Below are positions 57,516 through 64,000 of a stretch of 64,000 nucleotides of DNA, piece after piece. Source of the DNA: the human T2T-CHM13v2.0 reference genome, Homo sapiens; the NCBI RefSeq assembly GCF_009914755.1, contig NC_060931.1; one strand, written 5' to 3'. The notes beneath the pieces were generated by a model that was not told the DNA's origin, did no database searches, and saw nothing but the letters and a program-made list of their open reading frames with translations. The translations under genes were made by a program, and so were the position numbers. How positions within the stretch are numbered: position 1 is the first letter of the stretch; the number at the start of each line of letters is the position of its first letter.

Positions 57516-60500
57516 TGGTGCCCAGTTCACGTGACCGTTGGCAGCCACAGGGAGCCACGGAGTCCCACCAGCGTCCCATAGAGCCACTTGGAGCTTCAGG
57601 TACAAGGAACAAGCCCCTCTTAGGCCCCCTCAGGAAAATTTATTCTCGCAGCCAAGCATGTCAAGTGCAATATCAGGAACACCCTTGTCCTTCTTGAACA
57701 CTGCTTCTGGCCAGAAACTCTGCTGAGATCTGTTGGAGAGTTTCCTGCAAAGATAAGAGTTAACAAGCCCCCAGATTCCCTTCCCCGCTCAGGAGGGGCC
57801 CTCACTGTCAGCTTTGGGGCTGATAGAAGCACAGTTCCAAGCGCCTGGCTTCCTCCTCCTCCCCAGTGGATAAAATGCTGGAACTCCGTCAGGCAGGACT
57901 GCCATAATTAGAAGAGGCCCCTTTCCAGCAGCTGAAGCTGACTAGGCAGATAGAGCCCAAATTTGTTTTTAGCCACCACATGCCCCTGAGCTGACCCCTC
58001 AAGCTGTGGACACATCTCACAACCTCACCCGGAGGCCATTCTCTCAGGCCAGTCACACTCTCCCACAGAGAGAGCGAAGATGATGTCAAATCTATGGCCA
58101 CCTTCTACCAGCAGAGGGAATGAATGAAAACTGACATGTAGAAGAGTAAGACCACTACTGTTTTCATTTTTGGTATTTTTTTTTTACATTTTAATTTTTT
58201 TATACTCTATTTTTAGTAAAAGGGACACCTTTACTATTTCAAACCACCAAAATATAAGCCCTATTTGGTTCAAATCTTTGTACAGCCAGATAGCAATAGA
58301 TATAAATTGACAATGGCCTCAAGTATAGAATTTGGGGTTATACAAGTGACAGAATTCTTGAGTCTCAGTTGATTATAATATAATGAGGGGACAGTGCCAG
58401 GTCTTTCACGTCTCCAGGTGGGAAGGGGACAAGTTGCACGATGGCTGTCCTCATCTGTGCCTGGTTGTGTGAGAATTAGAAACAACGTTTGTAACAGTGG
58501 TACCTAGTCTTTGTGACCGTGGTCCTCTTTTTGATATTAATATTTTTGCAGACTAGTTGGCATAAACAAGTTGGCTCTCTGTACTCACATTACAACCACT
58601 GAGGTATAACACTATCTCTTGGAGTCCTTAGAAGCACCTCGCTCTGTTCAGCTGGCCTCTCAGCCTTGTGTGGCTGTTTCAGAACTGTTGATCATCTGTC
58701 AAGTCATCCCAGAGATCATCTAGATCTTGAGTCCATTTCTTGCATGTTCCAGAACACAAGAAAACATTTGTGGCTATAGCTTCATATTCTATCATGCCTT
58801 TCATCCCTTTCTCCCGATAATACATGAACCCGGTTACAGCAGAAATGCATTCCATGCATTTGCAACACTCTGGAAGGAGCCAGTGGTTCTTGTGTGGCTT
58901 TACCAGGCCAGTCGAGAATCACTGGGCTGGTGCATGAGAAACCTTCAGTAAGTGGCTGCTGTCTTCATGCACCCATGGAATGCCGAGGTGTTGGTTTTCT
59001 TCAATAACCTGCTCCTCAGGGCAGTGTTTCCTAATTGCTGGAGAATGACCCAAGAGTTGATGAAATAATATGAAAAGTACTGTGTTTGCTGTAAGATGGA
59101 CAAGTATTGGTGATATAGGCCACCCCACTCCCACCCTCCATTCTTTGTCTTGATAGTTCCAGTCCCAGTACAGCACCTGGCACACAGTAGTTGCTCCATC
59201 ATTATTCACAGCATAATCACAGACACCATTCAGAGCAGAGCTTGTACAGCCCTAAACATAAAGTGCAGCAAACCCAGCTCAAGATCATTGAAGCTAGCAG
59301 CCATTCAGCTCCTGCTGTGGGATGGCCAGGGAGGGTCAGAGACTGTGGTCTTGACACATTCTGTGTGGGGTTCATCCACATCTTCCTAAATGCCCAAGGC
59401 ATGGCTATTTGAAGCAGAGCAAGTAAAGACAACGAGGGGTCCCTCTGCTGGGTTTTCTGTCCCCCTCTGGCTGCCAGCACTAATCTAGCCTTTGAAGAGG
59501 GGCAGAAGGGGCAAAGTTAAACCACACTTTCCTCTCTTACCTGTTGTCACCCCTCTAATGACTTTTCACTTTCTCTGCTCACCTTCTCCTTCCTGCCTCT
59601 TTTAGAAATGGGAAACAAAGGGCCCATAGGCCCTAAAAGGGGCCACCCTTTGAAGGAGGAGACATGACCACAAATGTCACCCTTTGATATCCTAATGGGA
59701 TCCATGTTAAAAAAGGAAGTTTTTAACCTGGTCTCAGAGGACACTTGCAAGAGATGCCAAGGAAGGCAGTGTGATCATCCCAAGTCAAGCAGCCTAACGT
59801 GAGCCTGTGAGAGAGAAACTGCAATCCACCCGCAACGTGTGGTCATCAAAGGGCGGCAACCCCAGTTACCAGCTTGAGATTAAAAACCCAAATTAAAACA
59901 GGGCCAAAGGATTCCTGTCAGCTCTTAACACCTCTCTTAAAATGTGACCACTGTCTGAAAACCATTGTTTGGCTGATGAGGTCTAACTTCATTACACATC
60001 ACAGTAGGACACTCCTTCCTGAGACCAGGCACTGCTCCCATGAGTGCAGTAGGACAGACCTCCTCTGTTCCTGACGATGATACCCCAATACAGCCCGACA
60101 AGCGTGTGCTCAATGAAGGTTCCCAGATCTTTTTAATGCGACTTTTTGCAGGTCAGGTTGCTTCCATCACATGCACTGAACAACCAAATTTTAAACCTAA
60201 ATATGAAACCTTGTAGTTACATCTGTTGATTTTCGTCTTGTTAGTGTTCATCCAGCATTCAAGTCTGTCGAAATTAAATGTTTATTATTCCTTAGTATTT
60301 TTTTAAATTGAAGTCACTTCCATACACAAACCTTGAGTGTAAAGCTCAATGTATTATTGTCTATGTATTCCCCTATGTGACACCACCCAGATCAAGACAC
60401 AAACATTTCCAACACTCCAGAGGGTTCCCTCATGCCTCTTCTCAGTCAACCCATCCCTACCATCCAGAGGAAACCACTCCTCTGACATCAATTTGTATAG

Positions 60501-60627
60501 ATTTCTCTTTTCCTGCTGTTGAACTTCATGTAAATGTAAACTTACAGTATGTATCCTTTTGTTCTGGCATCTTTTGCTCAACATAATGTCTGTAAGAGTC
60601 ATCCATACCACGTATTTAGATTAATAT

Positions 60628-60905
60628 AGCCAGGTGTGGTGGCTCAGTCCTGTAATTTTGCACTTTGGGAGGCTGAGGCAGGAAGATTGCTTGAGCCCAG
60701 GAGTTCGAGACTGGCCTGGGCAACAAAGTGAGACCCCTGTCTCTACAAAAAAAAATTTTTAAATTAGCCAGGCCCCGTGGTGTGTGCCTGTGGTCCCAGG
60801 TACTCAGGAGACTGAGGGAAGAGGATGCCTTGAGCCCAGGAATTTGAGGCTATAGTGAGCTATGATCGTGCCACTGCACTGCAGCCTGGGGACAGAGCAA
60901 GATCG
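60628..60905 (+). mobile_element. AluJ
   Basis: Dimeric Alu lacking a tail. Confidence 0.92.
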
Positions 60906-61069
60906 TGAACATAGTTTGCATTTTTCATTGCTATGTAGCATTCCAATGTATAGAAACACCACAATCTATTCCTCTGTCAATAAACATATAGGTTTCCAGT
61001 TTTTTGCTATTATGAATTAGGTTGTTATATCAACAGGCATTTATGAACACCTAGGAGCAGCATCGCTAG

Positions 61070-61645
<576 letters not shown>

Positions 61646-62131
61646 TAGTCTCCTTTTTAACAACGTGCCTGTTGAGTCTTTGCCCCCTCCCCCACTTTTA
61701 TTTTAAGGTGTTTGACTTTTTCTGATTGACTTGTTTTTCTTTGCATGTTCTGCCTTGAGTCTTTTGTCAGATAAATGTGTTGTGAATATCTTCTCCCAGT
61801 CCATGGTTTGTGTGTTATTTTCTTAATAATATCCTTTGATAATAAAGTCCAATTTATCAAAATCTTCTTTTGTGGTATTGCTTTTGGTATTCTCTTTAAG
61901 AACTCTTGCCTTATATACAAGGTCACAAAGATATTCTCTTGGAATCATTATGGTTCTACCTCTCACTATTGGGACTATGATCTATCTCCAGTTAACTTTT
62001 GTGTATAGAGTGAAGTATGGATCAAAGCTGATTTTTTTTCTCTGTATTAATATCCAATTGCCCCAGTACCATTGTTGAAAAGACCACCCATTCCCCCTTG
62101 AATAGCACCTTTGTCATAAATCAAGAGATCA

Positions 62132-62602
<471 letters not shown>

Positions 62603-62659
62603 CTAGTTCTTTTGGTTCCATATATCTGTTTACAGGAATCAGCTTGTCAATTTTTAAAA

Positions 62660-64000
62660 TGTTTAATTTTTGTGAGTATATAGTAGGTGTATACATTTAT
62701 GGGGTATATGAAATATTTTGATACATGCATGTATCATGCATGCATGATACATGCATGCAATGTATAATAATCACATCAGGGTAAATGGGGAATCCACCAT
62801 CTCAAGCATTTTTCCTTTCTTTGTGTTACAAACAATCCAATTATAATCATTTATTTTTTTGCCCTGTCTTATGGTGCTGATCTTTCGGTTATTTTAAAAC
62901 CTGCAATTAAATTATTATTGACTATAGTCACCAAATACTAGGTCTTATTCACTTTTTCTATTTTTTTCCACCCATTAACCATCCCCACCTCCCTCGACAC
63001 TCTTTCACTACTCTTCCCAGCCTCTGGTAACCATCATTCTACTATCTCCATGAGTTCAATTGTTTTACTTTTTAGCTCCTACAAATAAGTGAGAACATGC
63101 CAATTTTGTCCTTCTGTGCCTGGCTTATTTCGTTTAACAAAATGACCTCCAGCTCTATCCATGTTGTTGCAAATGGCAGGCTTTTATTCTTTTTTATGGC
63201 TGAATTGTACTCCCATTGTATATATGTACCACGTTTTCTTTATGCAGTTGTCTGTTAATGGACACTTAGGTGCTTCCAAATTTGGCTCTTGTGAATAGTG
63301 CTGCAATAAACATGGGTGTGCAGATATCTCTTTGATATACTGATTTCCTTTCTTTGGGGTATATACCTAGCAGTGGGATTACTGGATCATATGGTAGCTC
63401 TATTTTTAGTTTTTTTAGTTTTTTGAGGCGCCTCCAAACTGTTCTCCATAGTGATTGTCCTAATTTACATTTGCACCAACAGTGTATGTGGGTTCCCTTT
63501 TCTCCACATCCTTGGCAGCTTGTGTTATTGCCTGTCTTTTGGATATAAGCCATTTTAAATGGGGTGAGATGATATCTCATTGTAGTTTTGATTTGCATTT
63601 CTCTGATGACCAGTGATGTTGAGTACCTTTTCATATGCCTGTTTGCCATTTGTATGTCTTTTTTTTTTAAACTGTCGATTCACATCTTTTGCATGTTTTT
63701 TTAATAGGATTATTAGGTTTTTTTCCTGCAGAGTTGTTTGAGCTCCTTACATATTCTGGTTATTATTCCCTTGCCAGATGGGTAGTTTGCAAATACTTCC
63801 TCCCAGTCTGTGGCTTGTCTCTTCACTTTGCTGATTGTTTCCTTTGCTGTGCAGAAGTTTTTTAACTTGATGCAATCTCAATCGTCCATTTTTGCGTTGG
63901 TTGCCTGTGCTTGTGGGGTATTACTCAAGAAATCTTTGCCCAGTTCAATGTCCTAGATATTTTCTCAAGTGTTTTCTTTTAGTAATTTCATAGTTTGAGG
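62660..64000 (-). mobile_element. L1MA-like 3' end and ORF2 C-terminus, running off the window
   Basis: ORF 63266..63649 ([42 protein letters not shown]) and 3' end tttaatttttgtgagtatatagtaggtgtatacatttatggggta. Confidence 0.93.

Overview
Human (primate) genomic DNA from inside TBXAS1 (thromboxane A synthase 1, CYP5A1), with the gene on the + strand. Three short coding exons lie at 11455-11548, 14805-14857 and 50435-50531. These are canonical coding exons 2-4 (numbering recalled from the known gene structure) and splice in frame to ...[31 protein letters not shown]|[18 protein letters not shown]|[32 protein letters not shown]. The rest is intron: more than 20 Alus, nested L1s, L2/MIR, MaLR/ERVL LTRs, hAT and mariner fossils, CR1 remnants and microsatellites. 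Nearly all ORFs in the supplied track are repeat-derived or chance. I see no clearly new gene or system. The best leads are: (1) a locally duplicated ~123-bp intronic segment carrying a full NF-E2/NRF2 ARE in both copies, whose inferred ancestor is a perfect inverted double site; (2) exons 2+3 forming a 147-nt phase-symmetric module bracketed by inverted Alus, which would give a stop-free circular ORF; (3) a candidate cryptic terminal or poison exon at 52275; (4) several templated duplications and a fold-back palindrome. Repeat subfamily names and boundaries were assigned by eye and are approximate.
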